A DNA stretch of 64,000 bases from Candidatus Sulfomarinibacteraceae bacterium (GTDB taxonomy: Bacteria > Acidobacteriota > Thermoanaerobaculia > Thermoanaerobaculales > Sulfomarinibacteraceae). Shown piece after piece: positions 9,532 through 18,937 of this stretch; position 1 is the stretch's first letter, and each line of letters begins with the position of its first letter. The stretch is taken from assembly GCA_963796455.1 (NCBI GenBank), contig CAWCLO010000003.1, positions 307,574-371,573 of the forward strand, written 5' to 3'. Under the pieces are notes generated by a model that was given only the letters and a program-made list of their open reading frames with translations, was not told where the DNA came from and did no database searches. The translations under genes and the position numbers were made by a program.

Positions 9532-10551
9532 ATGAAGGGATTCAGATTCATTCTGATCGCCGTCATCGCGCTCGGCCTTGCCGGATCCGCCGGCGCCGCC
9601 GGGCCGATGGCGCTGACCCGTGACGGCGACCTGTATTCGGTCACCGCCCACGAGACCCGACTGGTGGTCACCGCCCGGCTGGCGGACGGCCCGGTCATCG
9701 ATTTTGTCGTGCCCCAATCGGCAGCCGCGATCGCCGACTCTCTGCAGGTGGGAGTCGATGAAGCGAGCGGTTCTCTCTACGTTGTCTGGCAGACCCGAAC
9801 CGGAATCCACGCAAACGTCAAACTCGCAGCCTACGTCGATGGAACCTGGATCGGTCCGGTGACGATCGGTGGTTTCGACGGCTATGCGGCCTCCAACCCG
9901 CAACTGCTGGTTCATCGCGCCACCTCAGTGGTGACTGAAGAAATGCTTGTCGGTGACCAACCCTCGTACACCGAGGTGGCCACGACCTTCCTCCACCTCG
10001 GATGGTGGAGCCAGGCCGGTGATCAGGACAAAGGCAAAGCCCGCTATCTGGCGATTCCTCTCGAAGCCGACGGCAGCTTTTATACCGGCGATCTGCAAGC
10101 GGTCGATCTGGCTGAGCTCCTGCCCTACGGGGTCGCGTGCTTTGACATTGATGCATCGGACAACCTCAACCATCCAAAACTCTTCATCGACCCGCAGAGC
10201 AGAAAACCGCATATATTCGTCACCGATTATGCCGAGTGTGCGTTCCAGATCATGGAACTGCGGCCGGTCGTGATCGAAGAGATCGACGATGCGGGCGAAA
10301 AGAGACGTCGCCAGATCATCATCCTTCGTCACGGATCAACCATCGCCATGCGTCGCAATCTTCCGCTGGCCACGGCCAAGCTCGAGATCGGCACTGATCT
10401 GTCGATCGTGATGCACTGGGACGAGGGCGTCGATCAGCTGAAGTACATCCTCCTGGACAAGGACGGCACTTCCGAAACCAAGAGCCTCATGATCGACCAG
10501 CTTTTGACCCATGAAAACGCGGTCGAATTGATCCGGGGCTTGACGAACTGA
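9532..10551 (+). CDS. Secreted hypothetical protein
   Basis: Signal peptide MKGFRFILIAVIALGLAGSAGA; operonic spacing; followed by terminator. Confidence 0.75.
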   Translation: MKGFRFILIAVIALGLAGSAGAAGPMALTRDGDLYSVTAHETRLVVTARLADGPVIDFVVPQSAAAIADSLQVGVDEASGSLYVVWQTRTGIHANVKLAAYVDGTWIGPVTIGGFDGYAASNPQLLVHRATSVVTEEMLVGDQPSYTEVATTFLHLGWWSQAGDQDKGKARYLAIPLEADGSFYTGDLQAVDLAELLPYGVACFDIDASDNLNHPKLFIDPQSRKPHIFVTDYAECAFQIMELRPVVIEEIDDAGEKRRRQIIILRHGSTIAMRRNLPLATAKLEIGTDLSIVMHWDEGVDQLKYILLDKDGTSETKSLMIDQLLTHENAVELIRGLTN

Positions 10552-10571
10552 TTCGTTATTCTGAGAAACCC

Positions 10572-10602
10572 AAAGGCCCGCTCTTCGGAGCGGGCCTTTT
10601 TT
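10572..10602 (+). terminator. Intrinsic (probably bidirectional) terminator
   Basis: AAAGGCCCGCTC-TTCG-GAGCGGGCCTTTTTT between convergent genes. Confidence 0.85.
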
Positions 10603-10620
10603 CTTGCAGACGCCGGCTGG

Positions 10621-11739
10621 TCAGGGAATGACCCGACGAACCAGCCCTTCGAGCGATTCGGCATAGCCGGCCCATGTCGATTTTTCGCGCCCGGCCGTTC
10701 CAAGCGTCAACTCGTGCAATCGATTGCGGTCGAGATCTGTCATTGCGCGAGCAATCGCCGTTGCAGAGCCCGGCTGCACGATGAGTCCATCAACACCGTC
10801 CTTCACGACCTCCGGAAGACCCCCGACGGAGGTACTCAAGACCGGGACGCCCGCGCCCAGGGCGAGCGGGGCAACCGCCGACTGCGAGCCCGACCGGTAG
10901 GGAAGCACCACGAGATCGGCGGCAGCGAGCAATCCCGCGACTTCCGGTTCGGGAACCCATCCGAATCGCAAACCGACCCGGTCTTCGAGTCCGAGCCTTT
11001 GGACCTGGGTTCTGAGTTCCTGACCAAGTGATCCCCACGGTTCACCAGCGACGACGAGCATCCAGTCACTGTCCGCCGGAAGCTGTGCCATCGCTTCAAG
11101 GAGAAGATCGACGCCCTTGTACGGCCGTAACAGCCCAAGAAAGAGCGCCACCCGTTTTCCTTCGGCGATCCCCAGGGTCGCCCGCGCCTCCTCGGGCGAG
11201 GGCATTGGACCGGGATCGATGGACGGCAAAGGGCACGAATTCGTTGGGAGACCCGGATAAATTTCCTCGAGTTGTTCCTGGAGCGCCGAAGCGTGAGTGA
11301 AAAGGGCCTGACATCGGCCGAGGACCGAACGGGCCGCCAGACGCTGGATTCGTGAGGCGTCGTGGTCGAAGGGGTTATGCACCACTGCGACCGCAGGCGG
11401 TCGCCGGCCGGCGAGCATGAAGCGCCACAAGCCGGCCCAGGCCCAGGTCCAGTAGGGCAGGATCCACGCCTCACCGCCCAGCGCCAGGGCCCGCTTCCGA
11501 CTTCCGGCCCACGACAGAGGATTCAAAGGGTCCAGCTCTGCGGTGGCAAACTCGAGGCGGCGACAGGCCTCCGGATCGCGGTCGTCCCGGCCCGGAAAAA
11601 GAAACCGGGGATATTGCCGCTTTGGAGTCAGAAAACTGACCTCATGACCACGCGCGGAAAGTGCGTCCGCCATCTCGGTGGTCGTGCGTGCGACGCCGCC
11701 CCGGTATGGATGCCCCGACCCGAAAACGATCAGGCGCAC
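10621..11739 (-). CDS. Glycosyltransferase family 4
   Basis: LFLGLLRPYKGVDLLLEA, ADLVVLPYRSGSQS, VGGLPEVVKDG. Confidence 0.9.
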   Translation of the reverse strand: MRLIVFGSGHPYRGGVARTTTEMADALSARGHEVSFLTPKRQYPRFLFPGRDDRDPEACRRLEFATAELDPLNPLSWAGSRKRALALGGEAWILPYWTWAWAGLWRFMLAGRRPPAVAVVHNPFDHDASRIQRLAARSVLGRCQALFTHASALQEQLEEIYPGLPTNSCPLPSIDPGPMPSPEEARATLGIAEGKRVALFLGLLRPYKGVDLLLEAMAQLPADSDWMLVVAGEPWGSLGQELRTQVQRLGLEDRVGLRFGWVPEPEVAGLLAAADLVVLPYRSGSQSAVAPLALGAGVPVLSTSVGGLPEVVKDGVDGLIVQPGSATAIARAMTDLDRNRLHELTLGTAGREKSTWAGYAESLEGLVRRVIP

Positions 11740-11748
11740 GGCACAGCC

Positions 11749-12264
11749 TCAACTGGTCGGGGGATGGGTCACCTTGCGAAATCGTTTCTCGAGCTGCAGG
11801 CGAACCGGGTCCGGAACCAGCCCGGTCACATCACCACCGAGCACCACCACCTCGCGGACCAGCCTCGAGGAGAGGTAGAGGACCTCCTCCTTGGGGGTCA
11901 GAAAGACCGTCTCGATCGTCGGGGAGAGACGCCGGTTCATCAGCGCCATCTGAAATTCGTACTCGAAATCCGAGACTGCGCGCATACCGCGAATGATGAT
12001 GGTGGCGTCCATCTCGTCGAGAAAATTGACCAACAGACCGGAAAAGGACCGGACTTCGACGGCCGGGTCGTCGTGGTAGATCTCTTCAATCATCTCCGCC
12101 CGTTCGGACGGCGTGAACATGGCGTCTTTGCCAGCGTTCTGGAGGACACCGACGATCACCCGCGGAAAAATCCGGGTCGCCCGTTCGACAATCGCCACGT
12201 GCCCGACGTGGAATGGGTCGAAAGAACCGGGATAGACGGCAAGCGGTTCGTGTTTTTCAGTCAT
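11749..12264 (-). CDS. coaD: Pantetheine-phosphate adenylyltransferase
   Basis: YPGSFDPFHVGH, IRGMRAVSDFEYEFQMALMNRRL, LSSRLVRE. Confidence 0.97.
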   Translation of the reverse strand: MTEKHEPLAVYPGSFDPFHVGHVAIVERATRIFPRVIVGVLQNAGKDAMFTPSERAEMIEEIYHDDPAVEVRSFSGLLVNFLDEMDATIIIRGMRAVSDFEYEFQMALMNRRLSPTIETVFLTPKEEVLYLSSRLVREVVVLGGDVTGLVPDPVRLQLEKRFRKVTHPPTS

Positions 12265-12314
12265 CGCGGGGATTGTAGCACCCGGCTTCACCCTGTGGGC
12301 TGCGCCGCTCGCTC

Positions 12315-12790
12315 GATGCTGGATGCTGGATGCAAGATGCTGGATTTCGAATCACTCTTCTCCAAGACATTGTCCCCGGACGGCATCCAGGGACGCCGAC
12401 GGGGAACGGCGGACAGCGACAGCGAACAGAAATCAGTGTTCAGCGGCAGAGATCAGGTGCATTGACGACGTGGTCACTTCCGGGTCGTTCATCAGAAGGA
12501 ACAGCCCTTGTGGTGCAGGCGTCTCGCCTGCACGCCGTGCGGCCGAGACGGCCGCACCACCAAGGCCGGAGCCCCGAACAAGGTTGAGGGTGATCGTGCG
12601 GTCACCGTCTGAATCGTCCTCAGGTCGATCGCGATCCCGAGAGCGTTTGATTATCTGCGTCCATCTGCGTTATCTGCGGTTTCTCCGTGGGCGAGTGGGC
12701 GGGCACTCAACACGAAGAATTGAGTGCCGTTCGCTGTCGCTGTCGCCCGCGATCCGGACAGCACTGATCCCCGCTCTCCTGGTGACATTG
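12315..12790 (+). mobile_element. Gene-less derivative of the four-helix-bundle element (heptamer repeats, TIR-like end, CAGCGN arm, hairpin 5' arm, REP doublet, ATCTGCG module)
   Basis: (GATGCTG)n 12315-12345; ATCACTCTTCTCCAAGACA 12351-12369; GTGGTCACTTCCGGGTCGTTC 12470-12490; REP doublet 12510-12560; GCTGTC repeats ~12730-12745; right boundary approximate. Confidence 0.65.
12510..12560 (+). repeat. REP doublet copy 1
   Basis: GTGGTGCAGGCGTCTCGCCTGCAC-GCC-GTGCGGCCGAGACGGCCGCACCAC; also at 22247-22297 and 27691-27741. Confidence 0.85.
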
Positions 12791-12827
12791 AGCTATGGGG
12801 ACTGCTGAGCTGGCTGCAAACATTCAA

Positions 12828-12950
12828 GATGTCATCCTGAGCGAAGCGCCTCTGGCGCGTAGTCGAAGGATCTGCGAACCGAGATCTTTCCTTTTCATCT
12901 CATAGATCCTTCGACTACGCCCCTGTGGGGGCTCCGCTCAGGATGACATC
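12828..12950. repeat. ~46-bp inverted repeat pair (GATGTCATCCTGAGCG...GTCGAAGGATCT)
   Basis: Arms 12828-12873 and 12904-12950 are near-perfect reverse complements. Confidence 0.85.
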
Positions 12951-12994
12951 GGGAGGCGACATTCGCATGAGCGCAGAATCAGTGCCGCGCATCT

Positions 12995-13195
12995 CTACCT
13001 TTCTCCCTTGCCCCTCTGCCCCTCTGCCCCTCTGCCCTGTGCCCTGCTGCTCCTCTGCTCCTCTGCCCCTCAGCGATGTGGAGGCTCGTTCTCCCTTTCG
13101 GGAACGGGACGGGATCGGGAATGGAAACGGATAGGCTCTCCCCTTCTCCCCTTCTCCCTTCTCCTTTCTCCCCTTCTTCTCCGCTTCTCCCCCTG
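12995..13195. repeat. Pyrimidine-rich octamer tandem repeats (CCCTCTGC, CCCTTCTC)
   Basis: Visible tandem arrays; same units recur at 19000-19230. Confidence 0.8.
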
Positions 13196-13239
13196 GAAGC
13201 GGTGAAAGCAACGGGAAGGTGGGCGGGAATTCCTGATTC

Positions 13240-15339
13240 CTACTTCTCGACTGCGCCGGCAGTCGAGCGATTGTGTTGCCGATCCACTACCCGAACCACC
13301 ACAACGTGGTCGCCATCGGCAGCAGGAAACTCGAAATTCTCCTCGCGTCCATCGAGCACCCCATCCATCGGAGCGAGGCCCTGCCACGCTTCGCCATCGC
13401 GCGACCACTCGGCCCGGATGATCGGACTCATCGCATCCTTCACGGCAATCAACCATTTTCCACCTGAGCGCTGCAATGTGACTTCCGGCGCAGTGTTGTC
13501 GATCGCAAACCACCGGCTGGCACGTTGCGCCTCGAGGGCCCCGGCCGGGTTCCGCGCTTCGTCAGAAGCGGTCAGGAGGAATCGATAGGTCCCATCCGGC
13601 AATGCACTGGTGTCGATCCCGATCTGGCTGCCGGTGATGCGGTCGCGCACGGGGATACGGTGCTCCCCCCGGTCTTCGATCTCGAGCGAAAACCTCATCG
13701 GGTCCTGGTTCGCATCCACGGCCTTCCACCTGACGGTGCGAAAACCGGTGCGGTAGTACTTCTTGCCCTTGGCCGATCCTCCGTTTTTGGGAGGCGCACC
13801 CTCCTCGATGACGGTGAAGATGCCGTTGAAATTGGGATGAACAGACTCGATGACCGGCCCGGAAGGAGGCGGGCCCGAGAGGTAGACGACCCCAGGGTCC
13901 TCGACCTCGAAACTTTCGATTGACGGTGGCATGTTGATATCGACAACTGCCACTTCCACTCGATCGATGGCCAGATCCGCGTCGCCGCCGGCCGGAAGCT
14001 CGATTTCCCACTGCAGCGCCCGCGCCGAGGGCAGATCGACCACACCGGTGGTCGCCGACGCCCAATCCGTCCACTCGAGCCACGTGTCGTCGGGATCCGC
14101 CGAGACGCCGGAGCGAAAACGAATCCGGGCGGCTGCTGTCGGTGGGTCGACCCTGAATTCACCAAAATGAACAGGTTGTTTGAATTGTTCGGCCGCCGAG
14201 CGATAGCGGCCCGCACGATCATCCACATCCCGCCACAGGATCCCACCCGGGCCCTGGGTGAGCAGCGCACGACCGGCGCCGATCACACCGACCACCTGGA
14301 CCGCATCGATAGTCGCGATCCGCGATCCGCCGTCGCCGACGAAGCGCCAGACCTCTCCCTCATACCCGGTTCCCACCAGAAGACCCTCACCATCCCAGGC
14401 GGCGGCCGATGCCACTTCCTCGAGAAAACGGTGGATGCTCAAGATTCCACCGTCCGGGGTCAGTTTGATCACTTCGGAGGTCGCGGTTTTGCCGTTCACC
14501 TTCGGGAGTTTCATTTCGCTGCCTACGGAGATCTCGGTCTCGGCGGACTCCTCGTCGCCGTTGCCGTTGCTCTTGATCGCTTTGGTCTGGCTTACCGGCT
14601 CGCCCACCAGGGCCGTCGCCCACACCGCCCCGCCTCCGACCACGATGGAGGAAATCTCGGTGAAGGGGCTGTCGGCGAGGACGCCAACGGTGCCTTTGCG
14701 ATCGACGCCGAGAATCAGGCCCTTGTCCGATGTTCCAACGAGCAGCCGGTCGTCGGTTGCAGCGAGGCAGCTTGCGTGGACATCGGGCAATTCGACCCAA
14801 CGTTCCAGACCACGGTCGCCGAGGCGATAAAGAGTCGCGGGTGGCCCGCCGGCAGCAATCACCGCACCGTCAAAATACGCGAGATCCCAGAGCCCGCCGT
14901 CGGCCACCGTCCCGGCCTCCTCGAGCCGGCCATCCCATCGATACACTACGCCGGGAGCCACTGTTGCGATCACGACCCCACCGGACGGGGTGACCAACAA
15001 CGCGGTGATCTGTTCGGCTGGGATCTCGGCGAGCAGCTCGGCCGACGAACCCTTGACCCGATAGAGCCTCGCGGGATGGGAGGTTCCGACGTAAATCGAT
15101 CCGTCGGACGCCGCCGCACCCGCCATCACGACGGGCTCTTCAAATGATGGGCCACTGCTCCAACCGGTGATCGAACGCAACCGGCCTTCCGCGGTGACCG
15201 CCACATTGTCGCCGTGGCCGGCGAGCAGTTCCTGGGTCGTGTCGACGATCCAACGATGGGTCGAGGTGGTCCGTCCCTCCTCGCTGACCGACAGCATCAC
15301 AAGCACACAGGCGACAACAAACAGACGCATCGATTTCAT
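13240..15339 (-). CDS. Secreted beta-propeller plus Ig/FN3-like hypothetical protein
   Basis: Signal-like N-terminus; YVGT/LLVGT blade repeats; C-terminal LPDGTYRFLLTASD..DNTAP. Confidence 0.8.
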   Translation of the reverse strand: MKSMRLFVVACVLVMLSVSEEGRTTSTHRWIVDTTQELLAGHGDNVAVTAEGRLRSITGWSSGPSFEEPVVMAGAAASDGSIYVGTSHPARLYRVKGSSAELLAEIPAEQITALLVTPSGGVVIATVAPGVVYRWDGRLEEAGTVADGGLWDLAYFDGAVIAAGGPPATLYRLGDRGLERWVELPDVHASCLAATDDRLLVGTSDKGLILGVDRKGTVGVLADSPFTEISSIVVGGGAVWATALVGEPVSQTKAIKSNGNGDEESAETEISVGSEMKLPKVNGKTATSEVIKLTPDGGILSIHRFLEEVASAAAWDGEGLLVGTGYEGEVWRFVGDGGSRIATIDAVQVVGVIGAGRALLTQGPGGILWRDVDDRAGRYRSAAEQFKQPVHFGEFRVDPPTAAARIRFRSGVSADPDDTWLEWTDWASATTGVVDLPSARALQWEIELPAGGDADLAIDRVEVAVVDINMPPSIESFEVEDPGVVYLSGPPPSGPVIESVHPNFNGIFTVIEEGAPPKNGGSAKGKKYYRTGFRTVRWKAVDANQDPMRFSLEIEDRGEHRIPVRDRITGSQIGIDTSALPDGTYRFLLTASDEARNPAGALEAQRASRWFAIDNTAPEVTLQRSGGKWLIAVKDAMSPIIRAEWSRDGEAWQGLAPMDGVLDGREENFEFPAADGDHVVVVRVVDRQHNRSTAGAVEK

Positions 15340-15346
15340 GAACTCA

Positions 15347-17083
15347 TCAATCCTTTCGCACCGTGAGCGAGATCCGCTGTGCGCCACTGACGACAAAGGG
15401 CATCTCAACCGTTGTCTTGGCAATCACGGAGTAGGCAGTGGTCTCCAGATTTGGTCCGAGGGCGGATCTCAGCTGCATGACGACACTCGGGGGCGCCGAG
15501 ATGCTGCCACCGGCAACCGTGATCCCCAGATCCTGGCGCTCGAAGACCGCCACGAGGCTGTTGGCCGCTTCGAGGCGATTGACCAATTCGATTTCGTCTT
15601 GGAAATCCGCCGTCAATAACGGTCGCATCTGGAGGTCGTAGGCCGTCCAGGCGGCACCATCCGCGCCGACAAGATCGAGACGCCCGGCGGGCGCACTGTC
15701 GGGCACTTTCAGTTTGAGCGTCTTGACGATTTCGCTCCCGCGGTGGGGCTGCAGGCGAAATCCCACCGCAAGCTCGTCACCGGGCCGCACGACCCGTCGA
15801 TCGGGAACGATCTCGAGAATCCTCGCGGACCGCAGCTCCTCATGAACCGAGAGCTCGATGCTGATCTCTTCGACTTCAGGGGTCTCGAAGGCCGAATTTT
15901 CGAGATAGGCAACCACGGCTGCGGTGTAGGCTGCGGCCTGGGAAGGCGCCTGGTTGCCGGCAAAGGAAGCGGAAACCGCCGCACGATCATCGGGATAACG
16001 AAGTTCCATTCGAAGATCGATGGATTGATCCCCGAGGGCGCGGCCGAAGGCCCCGTGGCTCGACTGGGTCAGATAGGCAGCAAGAAAAGGCAGCAGAGTC
16101 GGGTGGCGCGCCACCCGGAACGAATAGGCTCTTTCATTGACCGTCACCCGAAAGGGAATCATCGGCGCCACCCGATCGAGTTGTCCCACCACCCCGGGGG
16201 CCCGGTCGGCCACCATGGCGCCGATGATCTCGCCGACCGAAAAAAACTTGAACGAGCTCATCAGGCTCGGCATCACGGCCACCACCCCGGCGCGTGCGAG
16301 GGGTAATTCGACGCCCCCGGCGCCAAAGGAAGAGTGCCCGAAGGCCCACAGCCGGTCACCCTGAACCTCGGTGACGGTCCCGGCCGCCGCGATCGACAGA
16401 TCACCGTCGACCAGCACCGCCGCGACCATCGAACCGGGTTTGATCTCACTGCTGGCGGCGCCGGCCGTTGCGGACCCTCCCGCTGCAGCGAGCCAACCCA
16501 TCCGGCGCCAACCTTCGTCGAGCCAGGTCCCACCCGAGAGGCCCGCACCGCCAGCGAACGAAACGGTCAGGGGAAGCGGACGGAGACCCGGCGATGTCCC
16601 GGGCAACAACCAGTCCACCAGACGCTCACCGAGATCGCCCTCGATAGAGGATGCCAGGAGCTCCACGAACTGCGGACGCCCGGCAGCAGTCGCGGGGAAG
16701 GATGCGGCTTCGACCTCGAGCATCCGTTCGAAGGGAGTCACTCCGCCGATCGGATCCTTCGAGAACGGCCACCCATAAGCGAGCGCTCCCAGAAGGCGAC
16801 CATCGAGATAGACCGGCGAACCACTCATACCAGCGATGATCCCGGTCTTCTCGAAGCGGGGGTCGTCGAGGCGCACGAGCACGATCTCCCCGTTTGGCGT
16901 GCCCGAACCGATCGTACCGAGAACGGTGAGCGGGATCTCGACCCGTTCGCCGCCGTCCATTTCGGTGACACAGATTCCGGTTCGGCCCGGTGTGGCGTCC
17001 GCGAGGCTGAGATGCTCGACAGCCCCCGAACAGACGGGAACCAGGATCACGGCAACGGCAATGAGGATCTTTGCGCTTTTCAT
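15347..17083 (-). CDS. SpoIVB peptidase S55 domain protein
   Basis: GIIAGMSGSPVYLDGRLLGALAYGW, GGVTPFERML; signal peptide. Confidence 0.9.
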   Translation of the reverse strand: MKSAKILIAVAVILVPVCSGAVEHLSLADATPGRTGICVTEMDGGERVEIPLTVLGTIGSGTPNGEIVLVRLDDPRFEKTGIIAGMSGSPVYLDGRLLGALAYGWPFSKDPIGGVTPFERMLEVEAASFPATAAGRPQFVELLASSIEGDLGERLVDWLLPGTSPGLRPLPLTVSFAGGAGLSGGTWLDEGWRRMGWLAAAGGSATAGAASSEIKPGSMVAAVLVDGDLSIAAAGTVTEVQGDRLWAFGHSSFGAGGVELPLARAGVVAVMPSLMSSFKFFSVGEIIGAMVADRAPGVVGQLDRVAPMIPFRVTVNERAYSFRVARHPTLLPFLAAYLTQSSHGAFGRALGDQSIDLRMELRYPDDRAAVSASFAGNQAPSQAAAYTAAVVAYLENSAFETPEVEEISIELSVHEELRSARILEIVPDRRVVRPGDELAVGFRLQPHRGSEIVKTLKLKVPDSAPAGRLDLVGADGAAWTAYDLQMRPLLTADFQDEIELVNRLEAANSLVAVFERQDLGITVAGGSISAPPSVVMQLRSALGPNLETTAYSVIAKTTVEMPFVVSGAQRISLTVRKD

Positions 17084-17162
17084 CGGACGAACATTCTACG
17101 TCAGGATCGTCGCCACCACCGGATAATGTGATCGGCCGGACAAAGGCCCACCCGAAAAGGGT

Positions 17163-17192
17163 TTGACCGAGACCTCGGGCAGTCACTACAAT
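17163..17192 (+). promoter_or_regulatory. Putative sigma70 promoter
   Basis: TTGACC-18 nt-TACAAT upstream of ATG 17210. Confidence 0.55.
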
Positions 17193-17209
17193 GGGTGTTC
17201 GGATTTTTT

Positions 17210-18925
17210 ATGAGCAAAAACGTGCTCCCGCACCCGTCGATGATCGACAAACTGGTCGAGGTTGCACGGCGTCTGCGGTCGCTGCGACGTCCCGCGGAGG
17301 CAGCCGAACTCTTCGAGATCGCGGCGGCCCTGTCGCCTCTTGGGGCCGCCGAACTCCGTGCCGAGGCCGAGCGCCTGCGCGGTGAGGAAGGGATTGACGA
17401 CTTCGATCGCGAATTCAAGCGGCGCAACCTCGAGGCCTCGCACGCCCTCGGGATGGCTCACATCTTCGATACCCGCGGCGAGTTCGGCCGGGCAATCGAC
17501 ATGATCGATCTCGCCAAGCTCCGCACCCCATTCAACTACCTCGCATTCGCCGCCGCCGGTTATCTCCATATGCGGCACGGCGACGCCGAAACCGCGTTAT
17601 CGGAGTTCATTCAGGCTCGCCGGCTCAACCCGCTGGATTTTCGACTCGCCGTCGAATCCTCTCGGACGGCTCTTGAAAACGAAGATTTCGATGGCGCCCT
17701 CGAATCCGCCATCGACGCGATGTTACTTGCGAGTTGGCGTTCGGAGCGGGAACAACAACAGGAAAGACGACGCGTCGAGTCCCTCGTCCGGCTCAGTCAC
17801 CGCGAACCGGAAGAAATGGAGCAGTTGATCGCCGACAGGATTGCGGTGCTGCAGCGAGCCTGCGATCACGTCGCCTTGAGCCACGCAAAGATCTTTTCCG
17901 GGGTTGATATCGCGGCGCGCAAGGAAAGCGGAAAATCCGAGGTCGGCAGCGATTTGCTTTTGCGCGCCAACGAGCTTCGTGGCATGAGCCTCTTCCGTCA
18001 TTTCAACGACGAAATGTTGATTCCGCTGGCCAAGATCCTCGAACCGGTTTCGCTCGAAGCGGAGAAAACGATCTTTGCGGAGGGAGACGAGGATCGCAAC
18101 CTCAATATCGTGGTCGAGGGGACGGTGCAGATCACCCGCAGCACCCCCGTCGGAACTCAAATATTGACGACACTCGGGCCCGGTTCCCTGTTTGGCGAAG
18201 TGTCTTTCCTCGACCGCCTCCCCCGCTCGGCCACCGCCTTTGCGGTCAGTGACGGTGCCATCTACAACCTTCCGGCCGACAAATTGGATGCCGTCGTCGG
18301 GTCTAACCGGGAGCTCGCTGTCAGCTTGCTCTGGGGTTTCTGGCAAACGCTGGCATCCAAGGTCCGGGCCGCCAACTCGCAGATGACCGAACTATTCGGA
18401 GCCTCGGCTACGGCGCCCGAACCGCAAAGAGAAGACGGTGGTCTCGGCCTCAGGGTCCACCTCACCGAAGAGACCAAACTCGACATACTGAGAGAACAGG
18501 GTCTTTCCTCCCAGGAGATGCGCCTTCTCGCCAAATACTCCCGCGAGCAGAGCTTCCCCTCGAACGCTCTGATTTTCACCGAGGGGGATCCCGGTGACTG
18601 CCTCTACATCGTGGTCGATGGGTCGGTTCGAATCTCGCGTCACGTGCCCGGGATGGGTGAAGAATGCCTTTCCATCCTCGAACGGGGTGAGGTCTTCGGC
18701 GAGTTGGCGTTGATCGACGACCAACCCCGGTCTGCCGACGCCAGAGCCCACTCCTCCACATGCACTGTGTTTTCGATCAGTAAATCACTGCTCGAGGAGG
18801 TCCTGTCGATGGATCCCGATGCCGCGGTGCAGTTCTTGAACCTCCTCTGCCGCCTGTTGTGCCGCCGCCTCCGAGCCATGAACGAAAGACTCGTGGCCTG
18901 GAGAGTGATGGGCTCACACATGTGA
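17210..18925 (+). CDS. TPR-like N-terminus plus two cyclic-nucleotide-binding domains
   Basis: FGEVSFLDRLPRSATA and FGELALIDDQPRSADA phosphate-binding cassettes; no HTH. Confidence 0.9.
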   Translation: MSKNVLPHPSMIDKLVEVARRLRSLRRPAEAAELFEIAAALSPLGAAELRAEAERLRGEEGIDDFDREFKRRNLEASHALGMAHIFDTRGEFGRAIDMIDLAKLRTPFNYLAFAAAGYLHMRHGDAETALSEFIQARRLNPLDFRLAVESSRTALENEDFDGALESAIDAMLLASWRSEREQQQERRRVESLVRLSHREPEEMEQLIADRIAVLQRACDHVALSHAKIFSGVDIAARKESGKSEVGSDLLLRANELRGMSLFRHFNDEMLIPLAKILEPVSLEAEKTIFAEGDEDRNLNIVVEGTVQITRSTPVGTQILTTLGPGSLFGEVSFLDRLPRSATAFAVSDGAIYNLPADKLDAVVGSNRELAVSLLWGFWQTLASKVRAANSQMTELFGASATAPEPQREDGGLGLRVHLTEETKLDILREQGLSSQEMRLLAKYSREQSFPSNALIFTEGDPGDCLYIVVDGSVRISRHVPGMGEECLSILERGEVFGELALIDDQPRSADARAHSSTCTVFSISKSLLEEVLSMDPDAAVQFLNLLCRLLCRRLRAMNERLVAWRVMGSHM

Positions 18926-18937
18926 ATGGAATAATTG

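Noticed and set aside
12300..13240. CRISPR array in the repeat-rich gaps
   Set aside because: No constant 23-47 nt repeat with unique equal-length spacers; no cas genes
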